NCBI GenBank assembly: GCA_040954595.2
Contig: CM082577.2
Coordinates: 15,755,903 to 15,819,902 of the forward strand
Direction: 5' to 3'
Source of the DNA: Balanoglossus misakiensis
Taxonomy: Eukaryota; Animalia; Hemichordata
DNA length: 64,000 bases
Shown piece by piece: positions 12,601-25,313 of this stretch; position 1 is the stretch's first letter, and each line of letters opens with the position of its first letter. Under the pieces are notes generated by a model. That model was not told where the DNA came from and made no database searches. It saw only the letters and a list, made by a program, of their open reading frames with translations. Both the position numbers and the translations under genes were made by a program.

Positions 12601-14960
12601 GCTACAGTGTTGCAGTTTTTTGCTACAATTTTTTTTCTGAAATCTGGCTTAAATTTCAAAAATCTTCTTCTCCACAACCGGTGATAACCGAGACACGGGG
12701 TTTGGGGTATGTGGTCACCTAACTGATGTCTATCAAGTTTGCGAAGATCATTGTGATTGGTCGAAGATTATGGCGGCCATATTGGATTTTCGAAAAACCA
12801 TAGTTAAACTCCAAAAATCTTCTTCTCCAGAACGGGAGATGACTGAGTCGCAAGATTCGGGGAGTATGGTCACTACACTGATGTCTATCAAGTTTGCAAA
12901 GAACATTGTGATTGGTCGAAGATTATGGCGGCCATATTGGATTTTGTAAAAAGCAGTGAAAAATTGAAATTCCTTTTTCTAGTCTAAAAATTGATAGCAT
13001 ACAAATTCTTTTTATGGATATCAATCGTCATGTGACTAAAATATGTTACAATTTTTTGGCGATTTTTCACATGACCTTTGACCTACTTATCACACGTTAT
13101 TATTTCTGCATATCTAATTCCAGGCTAACCTATAGGGCTAGACGTTTGGTTTTTGATGAATGTGGATTAGTGTGTGATCAAAATATTTTGCTACTTTTCA
13201 TGACCCCTTTGACCTCTGCTGACCTCATTAATTATGTGCATAGCTAATTACAGGCGAACCAATAGAGCTAGAGCTTTGGTTTTTGTTGGACATGGACCAG
13301 TATGGGATCAAAATTTTTTGCCCAAATTTTGGGTGACCTCTGGTGACCTTTGACCTACTTTCGCATATCTCAGCATCCAAAGCAGATACAGCCATGGCAT
13401 TTGGTAGGATGGGACCAAAATGTAAAGCCACATTTTTGGGTCACCTGTGACACCTGCTGACCTCATTAAATATGCACATACCTAATTACAGGCGAACCAA
13501 TAGAGCTAGAGATTTGGTTTTTGTTGGACATGGACGAGTATGGGTCAAAAAATTTTTCCCAAATGTTAGGTGACCTCAGGTGACCTTTGACCTACTTCAC
13601 CCTATTTCAGCAGCAAATATACACATGTCCTTGTTATGTCATGAGATAATACATCCGATAGAAAATTCTGTTTCTTCTCATTCATACTGTGCATATATAA
13701 TTCAAGATCAGCGCTTGGGCCCGACAATGCTGCTCGCAGCTTTAATTCTTCTTTATTCTTCTTCTTCTTCTCCAAAAATCGGCCAGGTAGATCTGGAAAA
13801 CGGCAGCACCTAGGGGGCTGAAACTTGGTAGGGTGATAGGGGCCAATGAGTAGACGTGCAGTGGCTCGTGAATATTTAATTAGTCACGTGACCTGGCGGC
13901 CATATTGGATTTCCTGAAAATCGTTAAATGAGTCCTTCTCAAAAACCACTGGGCCGATCTAGTTCAAATTTGGTGTGCAGGTAGCCTACCTTCTGTCCAT
14001 CATTTTACCCCATTGAAATCATGACGTCATACATAAAGTTTTTTTGCTACAATTGTTTTTCTGAAAAACTAATTAAAACTTTAAAAATCTTCTTCTCCAG
14101 AACCAGCGGTTACCGAGTCTCGGGATTTGGGATATGTGGTCACCTAACCTATGTCTATCAAGTTTGCGAAGCGCACTGTGATTGGTCGATCATTATGGCG
14201 GCCATGTTGGATTTTCGGAAAAGCATTGAAAAGTGATAATTCCGTTTTGTAGCCAAAATGTTGACAGCATGGAAATTCTTTTTTTGGATATGAGTCATCA
14301 CATGACCGGAAGTTGTCACCATTTTTCAGGGCAATTTTCACATGACCTTTGACCCAGTTTTAAAACAACTAATTATATATGCATATTCCCCATACCTCCT
14401 CTTGTCAAAGCACCACAGTCATGAATTTTGTGGACATGGGTACCAATGCTGCCAGGACATGACACAAATATTTTGGTAATTTTGGCAATGACCCTTGACC
14501 TATTTCTGAAACATTATTTTTCTGCATATCTAATTCCAGGCTAACCAACAGGGCTAGAGGTCTGGTTTAAGTTGGACATGGCCCACCCTGGGGTCAAAAT
14601 TTTATGCCCAAATTTTGGGTGACCTTTGATGACCTTTGATCTACTTTCCCATATCTCAGCATCCACAGCAGTTAGAGTCCTGGCTTTTGGGGGGCAGATG
14701 GAGCGCATATGGAGTCTTACACAAGACCTCATTAATTATGCGCATACCTAATTCTAGGTGAACCAATAGAGCTAGGGGTCTGGTTTTTGTTGGACCTAGA
14801 CTTGTATGGGGTCCGATTTTTTTGCCCAAATTTGGGGTGACCTCAAGTGACCTTTGACCTACTTTCCCATATCTTGGTATCCACAGCTGATACAGCCTTG
14901 GCATTTGCTGGTTACCATGGGAACCGCTTGTGCCCCGCCAACGCTGCTTGCAGCTTTAAT

Positions 14961-15824
14961 TATTGTTATTATTGTTATTTGTTTGCTGTTTCAGTACTGT
15001 ATCTTTGTATAACTTATGCAAAAAGCAATCTGCGTCCTGTCTGCTTGTTTTATTCAGAAGAGTGTAGTGATCCTTTAGTTTTCTCCACTTTTTGTTCAGT
15101 GCGGCGCCTGTACTTAATTGTATGCTTGCAATCAAGGTGTTGTTTATTTTCAACAAGTCTTTGAGAGAAAAATGTTCATTGGAAAGCTTTAAAAGCTCCA
15201 GCACTGCACCAACTGTTATCACTTCTGAAAAATCGGGTGGGTTCCATGATGGATCTTCTTCTTTCAGTTGATTCAGCAATTGGTAATTTATATCAATGCT
15301 TTGACAAAATGGACCGATGCCTACAGATACAAAATAAATGCATGTCAATTTTGTGAGACATCGTGTAGTCTACAGTTTCAAATTGAAAACGAAAATACAC
15401 AAAATAAATAAGGTGCATACGAAAATAAATTACTGGATTTTGTTTACCCAAAACTTGGTTTTCGAAAAACAAACGAAAAAACACTGTGTAAATTGTTGAA
15501 ACGTGGATTCATCATTTTTGTCAAGGCAAAAAATCTTTTTCACATGAAGTTGCTGCAAAGTCATTCACTGAACTGTGCGTCTCTGCGTCTTCAATGGCTA
15601 AGCGCGCTATATTTGAAACTTGCGAGTTGCCGCACTTTACAGCCGCGCGAAACATAAATGGGTGAAAATTATTTTCAGATAACATAAATTTTGAAAACAA
15701 ATTAAAAAAAAAAAGAAAACAATAGTAGAGAGTGTTATTTTCTTTAAAATGAACACTTACCTTCTCTGTAAACTGAAGCGGAGGAATTCACAGTCTCGTT
15801 TGACGCTGCATCGGCAGTCTCCAT
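14961..15824 (-). pseudogene. 5' exons of an unknown spliced gene (probably transposon-borne), cut off by the repeat array
   Basis: ATG exon 15824-15761 ending in a GTAAG donor; acceptor TGTAG near 15322 opens a coding-like frame (GIGPFCQSID...LNKKWRKLKDHY) that runs into the array end. Confidence 0.4.
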
Positions 15825-17727
15825 GACGGATTCAGTACTCTCACTCAGACAAAATATAAACAAAGGCTGGTTGCTTGGCTGCGGCTGATGACATCACGAT
15901 ATGATTTGCTTAATCGCAGCGCCATTTTCGTTTGAAACACGACAAAACACACATCGACAGATACTCTGAAAAATTGCCGATTTTTTTATATAGGTTTTGT
16001 TTTTCATTTCAGCCATTAGTATTTTGAGCAAATCGATTAAAGATTTAAAATGGCGTTTTTTTGTGGAAATTATCAGCCGATTTTGACAAAACTGTCATCA
16101 AAATAAAGGTCGAATTCTGGTCTACAATTTCGTATCCATATCACTCAGATCTGCCATCGCGACGCGATGCGATCTGGCGTTGAAGTGGGACATACGCTTC
16201 ATGCCGCGCGGGCCGTTTTGGGGCCGTTGCGACACGGAAGGCGGAAATTTCATTTTCCTGCATTTTCAAAGTCACTGAATTTTTATTTATTCGATAAAAA
16301 AACAGTGTATATATATTTAAAATGCTTTGAAAGAACTTTTATTTTATTTTATTTAATCTTCATCGATTTATTTTGCACGCTTATACATTTTTTTCAATCT
16401 CAAAAATGCATGATTAAGCAAGTGCGCAGTGTTTCCTACCGCTGGCGCTGCTGTGTGAACATTGGAATACCTACTTAGACACATGCCACACATCATAGAG
16501 ATGACTTATTTCAGGACACTCCTCACGAATCCACTTGGCATTTTGTCTGTGTCTGTCTGTGATCAACTTGGAGATTACCAAATCCTCATCATCCAAGTGT
16601 GCCACTGTCCTTCTCAGACCTTCAAACTCGCACCAAGTAGCATTTTTCACTTCATTGCTCTGTTAAAAAAAGACCAAAGACCATTCTTACATTTTGTTTT
16701 CTGGGTCTTTACCGTCACAGACCCTCAGGCTGTTCCATATCATGAATACTTCATGTATTGGTCTAAGTACATTTTTCAGGCACCAACATCATTATCTCAC
16801 GCCAACAATAATAAACCACTGGAATGCCTACAAGGTGCTGGATATCCAGTTAGTGCAGGTAAATACATGCAACGCTCTCCGCTACGCCCTCGTGCCCTCG
16901 GGCATACTTTGCATTATTTTAGTAATAACCTCATAGTTTTATTCCTGTGTGTATCAACTTCTATTTTTGTTCTACTCCAGGTGTACTGTGAAATATTCAG
17001 TCTTTAACTTCCCTCCTAGGCCTGTACATGAGTAATGGCCACCACTATTGTTGAGAAATGAATATCCTGACTTAAATTCATTTTTCAACAACAATAATGC
17101 TGATTACTACAAAATGGCTGCGTTGAAAAACCATATACTACTCTACTATATCTACTTGAAATATCTTTACCTGCACTAACTGGATATCCAGCACCTTGTT
17201 TAGTTGCTGCTCGATGACTGAGTAGGTGCCATATTTTGCACAGTGACCAGGGCTGTCTGAGCGGCAATCCCCAGCAAGGACAAGCCCCACCTTCTCTAAC
17301 CTGAGCACATCGAACAAAAGTGACTGTTCGGCTGTCCAGTGGTTGATTATCGTTATGTCTGAAAAATGTACTTACACCAATACATGACCCGGAGGGTCTG
17401 TGACGGTAGGGACCCAGAAAACAAAACGCCAGCAGACAGCATCAGGTTACCAGCTGGCATTTGGTGTATGTTTGGTTGACTATCCCATCTCCTAACAAAG
17501 GAACAAACGCTACATATCTGTTCGATGTATACAGCTGTGCCTCTAATGTTGGTTACAACTCCCCGGGTATCAACAGAACACATTGGGCATTTTCGGAAGA
17601 GTTCAAGGAGCTGAGTTTCGAAGACAATGAATTTCCTCTCTTCTCCTGGTTCCTGGGCAGTCCTTGTTGGCCTATGGAGAACAATACACATTTTCCATTC
17701 AATGAAGAAAAACTGACTGGTCATATT

Positions 17728-18050
<323 letters not shown>

Positions 18051-18761
18051 CCTATGAACAAATTGTGGATGTTCACTGATCTGCTACATACACTGGTATT
18101 GTGGTGCTTTCTTGGCATTCCTCTTCACTTGGAAGGTAATCATCACTGCTATCACAATCTAATTCACCTAACTCTACGAAGCTATCACTTCTGCAGGGAT
18201 CATCATCTAACAATGTGCACTGCACCCCTATTGATCGGGTCACCCTATTCACTTGTGTACCTAAACCAAATGCAAAGAGTTCAATTTTATGTGTATAATA
18301 AACTATATGTTCTCTAAGCTATAATAATGTGATGCTGACTCAACAAACTCACGGGCCAAAGAAAATTATCCATACTACTATAAAAGACTGTACATGTAAA
18401 GGCTGGTATGGGGCTGACTGAGAAATTTCTTTAAACCAATTGCTCAAAATTGTTGATATCAACACCCCGGATAAGACCACATAACAACAATAATTGCTAC
18501 CTTTACTTCTCCTGTTAGGTCTCCAATAGTATTGTGTGCCACAGTGTGCCACAAGATTTATGGTGTTGTGCTGACTCTTGTACTGACACAGCAGAGCATG
18601 GAGCTACCACAGAGTCACCAGTATCTGCAGTTGTACTAGGTCCTCTTACTGGGTTATTCAAAAGCTAAAATAGAAACAAATATGCCTTGAACGAGCTTTG
18701 ATATTCAAAAAGTTTTTTCCTGCATGAATTGGCGAGGGGTGAATGTACTGGCCTGCTGTTT

Positions 18762-18874
18762 AGGTCATGGTGTTCCACAAGGTCATCTTTGTTTACAATT
18801 ACATCACTATTAGTTTGATGCTTGAGTTGTGATGTAATTGTAAACAAAGATGACCTTGTGGAACACAGTGACCT
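18762..18874. repeat. Perfect 38-bp-arm palindrome (18770-18807 / 18829-18866)
   Basis: GTGTTCCACAAGGTCATCTTTGTTTACAATTACATCAC and its exact reverse complement, 21-nt loop. Confidence 0.95.
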
Positions 18875-18898
18875 CAATTTGAACTGCCACCAGGACTT

Positions 18899-19063
18899 GG
18901 ACTGTACCATCCTCTAAGTGGCGAGGGCTAGCGTAAAGGGTTGTAGCTTCATTTGAAATGAATTTATTTTAAAACCCGAAACTTTGAAACAAAATTATTT
19001 TACATACAGTCTTTTTGAAAACAGTAAAAACGCTAACCCTCGCTACTAGAGAATGGCACAATC
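18899..19063. mobile_element. Small MITE-like element with ~35 bp imperfect inverted repeats
   Basis: GGACTGTACCATCCTCTAAGTGGCGAGGGCTAGCGT vs right-arm reverse complement GGATTGTGCCATTCTCTAGTAGCGAGGGTTAGCGT. Confidence 0.6.
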
Positions 19064-20791
19064 CATGTTGCCATCAATGTTACAGCAGGGAGGTACTACC
19101 TCCATGGTTACAGTGCATGTTGCAGTCGCGTGGCAGTACAATTGATTGATACCTATCTTTGTTTGACGTTATCATATTACATGTATTACATTACGAGTAG
19201 CTTTCGCGTAGCCGTGCCCACTTCGAGCCGTTCGGTACGCCTCCGCGAAAACCAGGATTATCATAGGAGAGCATTCAGCTTATTTTATGTTGGAAGAGGC
19301 AGGACTTAAAACATCAGTATTTGCTAAAATAGTCGAGCGGCCTCGTATTTTACTTAGCGGGATTATTTTCCCGTGTGGAGGGCGCGGTCCCCCACAAGAT
19401 CTAATATGCGATTGATGGAATCGCTGCTCATTCATAAAATCAAAAGTTTGTACCCTTTGTGTCCTGACTACCAATCAGATTCACGGAATCAGTCACGCGG
19501 GCCAGAATTTGGCCTGTCAATCATCGTCTCCTAGCGACGCAAGACGCCCGTTGAAACGTCGAGTCCGGTGTTCGCCTGGGAAGTGTTGCCGCCAGTTGCA
19601 ATTTTATTTTGGAAAAATGACGTACTTCACGTAAACGTTTAAAATAAACACATAAAGTTCACGTGTCATGTATCCCTAAACCATTAATGTGACAGGTTTT
19701 ACAAAAAGAAGTAAAAAAAATTGCATTTGCGACGTCGGCGAAGTCAATACTCGGTGCAGTCGTTGGGTATTACCACAGTCTGAGAAATACAAATGCTGTC
19801 GTTTCGGTTTCTACAATGTACAATTTTACAATGTACAGCGCATATGGATTTTTTCTGTCCTGGTCTACGTCACACAGGTTGAAATATGGGTCAATTATGT
19901 GATAAACGTACATATATCTTGCCTCAGAGCGCTAAACGAAACAGTACATTGCCCGGGCCGGGCCGTGCCTCCGGCCGTGCCATCGCGCCAAGGGCTACGC
20001 GTCTTCCAGCATACGATACATGTTTCGTGACTAGATAGTCAGGGACGACAAAACCCGCTAGATAGCTCTTGAATTAGTCGAAGTATTAGAGATTTAAATT
20101 CACTTACCCTGGAAAGTGTCAACTTATTGTCGACGACTCTTGCCTTTTTCGGCGGTGGTTTGTTTACACCACCACTACTGCTACCGAATGCTGAGTCTTG
20201 GGTTTCACCGCCGCAGTCTCGACATCGCCGTCCCGCAAACACAGAGTCAGAGCAGCGCTCAGAGCAGACTTTCATCATAGCAGTACCTGCACTACATCTG
20301 ATGGAGGGAACAGCATCTTTTCTCAGGTGCAGACGACTTTTATATCTCGCAGTCCAGCTGTGGTATCCCTCGAAGTCGTCCGGCGCAACGAAATGGGCCC
20401 CGCAAATAACACTGGCTTTGCTGGCATGATGCCAGTCTGTCCATGTTATTCTAACAAAACGCTCCCATTTTGCTCGTAAAACCTTTTCTTTTGGAAAAAG
20501 ATGCGCGGAAAACCCATTACAGGTTGTATTGCTGCAACCCCCAACAACACACCGCTTCACCATTGTAGAAAATTACGCTATAGTAAAAAGTGTCACCGTA
20601 GTATGCGATACGCGCTGAACCCCGGATCCAGGTACGGAGGTATCAATGAACGGTATACCGGTTCCTCTTATGACGTCACGTCACATGACCAAAATGCGCT
20701 ATTTATGAACTCAGGTTTTTTCAGTGTGGGGTGGATTTTGAAGCATTTTATTAAGAAAACATGAATGTTGTAGAAATCGATACACAAAAAA

Positions 20792-21398
20792 TATTATTAT
20801 TATTATTATTAAGAATTGTTTAAAATGCGCTACACATACGTCTCAGCGCATTATACATAGCTAAAAGAGTAGATTAAAAAATACAAGGCTGGTAAAAATA
20901 GTTAAAAGGACACAATCGAACACGTTACACATAAAACCGAGTAAAAAGGTAAGTTTTCAAATTACGCTTAAAAATATTGACACTTCTGGCGGTTTTGATA
21001 TCAAGGGGTAAATTGTTCCATAAAATGGGCGCACAAACTGAAAAAGCTCTCTGTCCGTAGGTTTTGTTAAATTTAGCATGAGGATGAGTTAAAAAGAATT
21101 GAACACTCGAGCGCAGTTCTCGAGCTGGTACATATAAATGTAAGAGATCAATCAAATAGGCAGTTGCCTTACCACTGATACATTTGAATGTGAGCAAGAG
21201 AATTTTAAAACTGATGCGGGCCTCTACCGGTAGCCAGTGTAAATCTTTGAGTATGGGTGTGATATGATCGGACTTGCGCGTACGAGTAACTAGCCTCGCC
21301 GCAGCATTCCGTAGAGACTGAAGTCGAGCTAGATGTCCCTTCGGGATACCAAACAAAAGACTATTACAGTAATCTAAATGAGACGTTACAAATGCATG
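20792..21398 (-). mobile_element. 5'-truncated L2/CR1-clade LINE 3' end
   Basis: ORF2 C-terminus (LQSLRNAAARLV..HITPILKDLHWLPV..RAFSVCAPILWNNLP..FKRNLKTYLF), 3' UTR stem-loop (AATGCGCT...AGCGCATT) and (TAA)n tail. Confidence 0.9.
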
Positions 21399-21484
21399 TT
21401 ATTTTTGGAATATATTATAGATTTTTTGAACATTTTTTTACCTTCTGATAAGATTAAAAAAGACAAGATATGCTCTTTAAATTA

Positions 21485-22010
21485 CCTGTGATAGTGGAAT
21501 ATCGAATATAACTTCATTGATAACATTGTTGAAATTTTTTGCATTGGCGAGCTTTCCCTTGCCAGTTGTCATGAATCGCTGATGGTCCGTTGCAAGGTCA
21601 TCCAATGACCTTGGCCGACACTCTCTTAGGTGCCTGGGAATCTGTGAAGCTTCCTGGGTCACCAGACACCACAGACAAAAGTGCCTACCACTTGCACCAC
21701 TAATGCCATACATTCTACACAGGTATTCATAATCACCAAATGCAAATGTCTTAAATGTCTTCCATCTGTCATAATAAAAAACAGTAGAGAAGGAAGTCAT
21801 AATCTACATACCATTATGGCGTACACTTTTCACATTCATTAGCAGCAGGACTATGATTTCAAAATTAAATGTACAACTTACTTCCATGTCATTGTTCTCA
21901 GATACTTCAACTGCCCTTGGTATCTCGACAATGCTGTTTGCAGGTTGCCGTACGTGTCGCCACTTTCAAATAAACAGAACACAACTTCTACACAATTTAG
22001 ACAGACAATT
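21485..22010 (-). pseudogene. Two exons of a RAG1/Transib/Chapaev-like DDE transposase
   Basis: ..FESGDTYGNLQTALSRYQGQLKYLRTMTWK | ..FAFGDYEYLCRMYGISGASGRHFCLWC.. resembles the RAG1-type D...G..SG...CxxC block; flanked by GT/AG sites. Confidence 0.55.
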
Positions 22011-23035
22011 TTGGTGAAAATCAAACCCGGACATCATTAAAAGTGATAGCTCTGTCAGGAGGGGAAAAAAAGACGTATGTATATATATATAAAAAAAAAA
22101 CAGATGGCCTGAGGCCCGCCCCTATAGTGTGTAGCAAGGTCAAAGCAATAAACGATGAGAAATAGGCCTCGACAACGTAATTTTTTTTTTGGAAAATCAC
22201 TTTGAAAAAAATAGCCTCAAAGAAACTATGTGCCAAATGAATCGAAATTAGTTAATTTACCTCGCTATATAGACCAAAATAACTGACAAACTCAAGAAAG
22301 TATGAAAAATTGCTGTTAAAATCTGACCTGAAACTTGTAAACAACAGCTGGTGCCGGCCGTAGCGCTCGCTTGCGTCGTCTGGGCACAAAGCAATTATCG
22401 CGCGTTTGTGGTTAAATCACCCGCTTAACTTATTAGTATTCATAAAAGGAGGACCATAACATCATTTTTGACACTTTATTGGCAGCATATCAGTCATTTC
22501 TATTGGTTAAAAGTCCTTTGAAACATATCAAGAGTGGCCTGTAACTACGGAACAGAGGCCCTCATTAACATACAGTCACCTGACACATGTCCCTGATTTA
22601 TATACTTTGAGCATCCGCATAACTCAATTCTCGTTTACCAGCAAATTAAACATACACCATGACTACACCAGTTTCGAATGCGCCGGTGATTTTTTATTTA
22701 TTTTTTTGCAGTGTTACCACTTCCAAATGAATCAAGTCAGATTATAACACACCATGCAGCGAACCCTCGATCGTGATTCGCCAATACGACGTCACGTGAC
22801 CTGGGTCATTTCGAACTGTTGCCTAGGGCATCAGTTTGATCGGTTTCTGCCCGGACTGTTGCCCCCGTCTTGATATAATTCCGTTTTCAAACCAAAAGTT
22901 TCAAAAACTATCACCGTAATAGCAGCAGGACCTTCGGCCACCATAGGTAAATCCCCGCGAAGGTAGTCTAGGCGACGAAAGCGTAATGCAGACGACACTA
23001 CCGGACATTGTAGCAAAAATCTGACATTTGTAAAC

Positions 23036-24364
23036 ATGTCTGCCGCTACGAGTGCCAGTACTGCAGATGCTGTCAAAACTTTGCCACGATTCGTCGATAT
23101 TTCTAAATAAGACCTTCCTAGTATTGTCTCCGGGAAAGATGCTAAAAGAACGAAGACAATTATTAAGGGAGCTGTCAGTATTTTGGAGAACTATTGCGCT
23201 ACTATTGGTACTACATTGGCCATCGTTGAACGAAATCGGATTGAACTGTGCTTGCTACTACGTACATTTTATGCCAGCGTTCGGCGCACAGAAGGCCAGT
23301 TGTACGCCAAAAAATCCATGATGTCGATAAGATATGGTCTCCAGCGACATTTCCAGAAGGTATCGGACATCGACATAATTAATGATAAGGAATTCAAGTC
23401 TGCAAACGAGATATTTTCGGCCATGATTGTGAAATTGAAGGCTGAAGGTAAAGCTGTCGTTCAACACAAGCAGCCAATCGCCCGGGAAGACATGGAGAAG
23501 ATAATGTCGTCAACGGCACTCGATCAGACAACACCGCGGGGTCTACAGAACAAGGTATTTATCGACATCATGATCTACATGTGCAATCGTGGCCGTGAAA
23601 ATCTCTGGGACATGGAGAAAACCCATTTCAGCGTACAGACAGACTCAAAAGGCCTGAAATACGTACCATTTTCGCGTGATACGCTCACCAAAAATCATCG
23701 TGGCGTTGAAGACAGTGAAGCAAGTCAGCAAGGGAGAATGTACGAGACCCAAGATAAGTCTACTTGTCCGGTGACTTCCTTTGAATTTTATTTGGAGCGA
23801 CTGAACCCACAGTGTACATCATTTTGGCAGAAACCTAAAAAGGGGTTTCAGATTGTTGAATCAGATGGGTCTACCGTGATTGGCTATGATAACGTTCCTG
23901 TTGGAAAAAACACTCTCGGGGACAAGCTCAAAACAATATCAAAGGAAGCCAACTGTTCCAGGGTGTATACGAACCATTGTCTACGTGCTACAACCGTAAC
24001 AACGTTAGATTCAGAAGGGTTTGAAGCGAGACATATTATGAGTGTCAGCGGACATAAATCGGAGACAAGCATTAGAAGCTATAGCACAGTCGATGAAGAA
24101 AAGAAGAGAGAAATGAGCAGAGTTTTGTCAACGCGAATGCAAGGTGCCTGTCCGTCTACTAGTTCTACGAATATGGAAATTCAGCCTTTGGAAACCCCAA
24201 GCTCTCCCATACTGCCAAATTCACAAGAAGATGGCATACTTCGTGAACTGACTAACTCACCAATTTTTCCACTCAATATCCTGTCTCAGCAACAGGTGAA
24301 AAACAACCAAAGAAATGCAAATTATAAGTTTGAAGGATGTGTTGTAAATATCCACAATTATTGA
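23036..24364 (+). pseudogene. Crypton tyrosine recombinase (DUF3504 / ZMYM-KCTD1-QRICH1-related family), one early in-frame stop
   Basis: YR catalytic set visible: CNRGREN, TKNHRG, NHCLRAT, SGHKS, IRSY. In-frame ATG at 23036 with TAA at ~23108. Confidence 0.85.
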
Positions 24365-24526
24365 CACTGATAGTATGGTTACATGGAAATATCCAAACAA
24401 TTTCTGACTGTTGCAAATGTTGTTCTGTTAGAATTTTGAAAGTGTTAAAATAAAATTGTTTGTTCAGAAGCAACATACGTTTGTCATGCATGTGTTTGGA
24501 TGTGGTGTGTGTCGTGTTTGGTGTGT

Positions 24527-24700
24527 TATAAAACACATGATGGCTGACATATTCGTGCAACAGTGTATTTTTGATGACCTCGGGACTGCCAGTCACACCA
24601 AAACAGTCTGTTTTCCAAGACTGTTTTAGTTGTGACTAGCAGCGCCCTCGGACATCAAAATACACTGTTGCCCTCATTGTCAGTCATCATGTGTATAATA
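24527..24700. repeat. ~170 bp imperfect terminal hairpin of the Crypton
   Basis: ACACATGATGGCTGACA..GCAACAGTGTATTTTTGATG..CAGTCACACCAAAACAGTCT pairs with AGACTGTTTTAGTTGTGACTAG..CATCAAAATACACTGTTGC..TGTCAGTCATCATGTGT. Confidence 0.9.
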
Positions 24701-25313
24701 TGTAGAGAGGTTATTGGGCCTGCTGTCAATAGTTTAGCACAGGTTGGAGTAGAAGGTCGAGACGAAAAGTCTTCGGGAGGTATACTATGTCGACAGTTTG
24801 GTTAATGGTTTTACGCGTGAGAAAGAGGACTCTATACAGTTTGAAGGGCTATGCGTTGATTATGACATCGGGAGGTGCATTTTTCATGTGTGTCTATGCT
24901 TCGGTAAGGTCTTTTTCTTCACTAACATGGATTGAACGATGCCGGTAAGTTCTTGGAGGGATCGGGGGCTGTTTGCGGCTATCTACCCATGTATGGCAGG
25001 CAGAGGATGTGGCTGTGGGCGTCCCTGTAAATCAGGTCGACGCGGATATTGATGAGAGATTTGAAAATTGGCAGCAACTGTCGTCCCCATTGCCGCAAGT
25101 GGGTAAGACGAGGATAATTGGCGTCCCAGTTTCACGGGTTGACGCGGTATTGTGGAAAGAATATGAGCCGACATTGGCAGTTGTGAAACTAGTGCCATGG
25201 GTCTCACCTGCGACTTGAGTTGTGGCTGAATCTATTGTTTTCATGCAAGTGATATGCATGAATGGTGCCACTGTACATGTATATTGATGTATTCTGGTTT
25301 TTGTTCATCGCCA

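Larger units (their letters stand above)
1..14960 (+). repeat. Tandem array of ~1.2-1.65 kb Helentron-associated non-autonomous elements (HINE/DINE-like) with internal subrepeats; 8 right ends visible
   Basis: Units end with GCTTGGGCCC(G)GACAAT-GCTGC(TT/TC)GCAGC-TTTAAT (subTIR + GCTGC/GCAGC stem-loop) at 239, 1661, 3148, 4584, 10898, 12311, 13746 and 14960 (last one divergent). All but the 1661 end run directly into a T-rich simple repeat. Internal ~180 bp (GATTGGTCGAAGATTATGGCGGCCATATTGG) and ~190-240 bp (GACCTTTGACCTAC) subrepeats. Confidence 0.8.
22741..24700 (+). mobile_element. Crypton (tyrosine recombinase DNA transposon)
   Basis: YR ORF with no RT; 5' ATTATAACACAC..GATTCGCC..TCACGTGAC end and a long 3' terminal inverted repeat ending TGTGTATAATA. 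The 5' boundary is approximate. Confidence 0.75.

Noticed and set aside
1-14960. CRISPR-like array or repeated short ORFs (MVEDYGGHIGF.., MAFHYGPIPP..)
   Set aside because: Sequences between the recurring motifs are themselves homologous rather than unique spacers, no cas genes are present, and the ORFs are incidental translations of a repeat.
23183-24364. Host gene KCTD1/ZMYM/QRICH1
   Set aside because: Intronless, retains YR catalytic residues, has transposon-like ends and lacks BTB/MYM domains.
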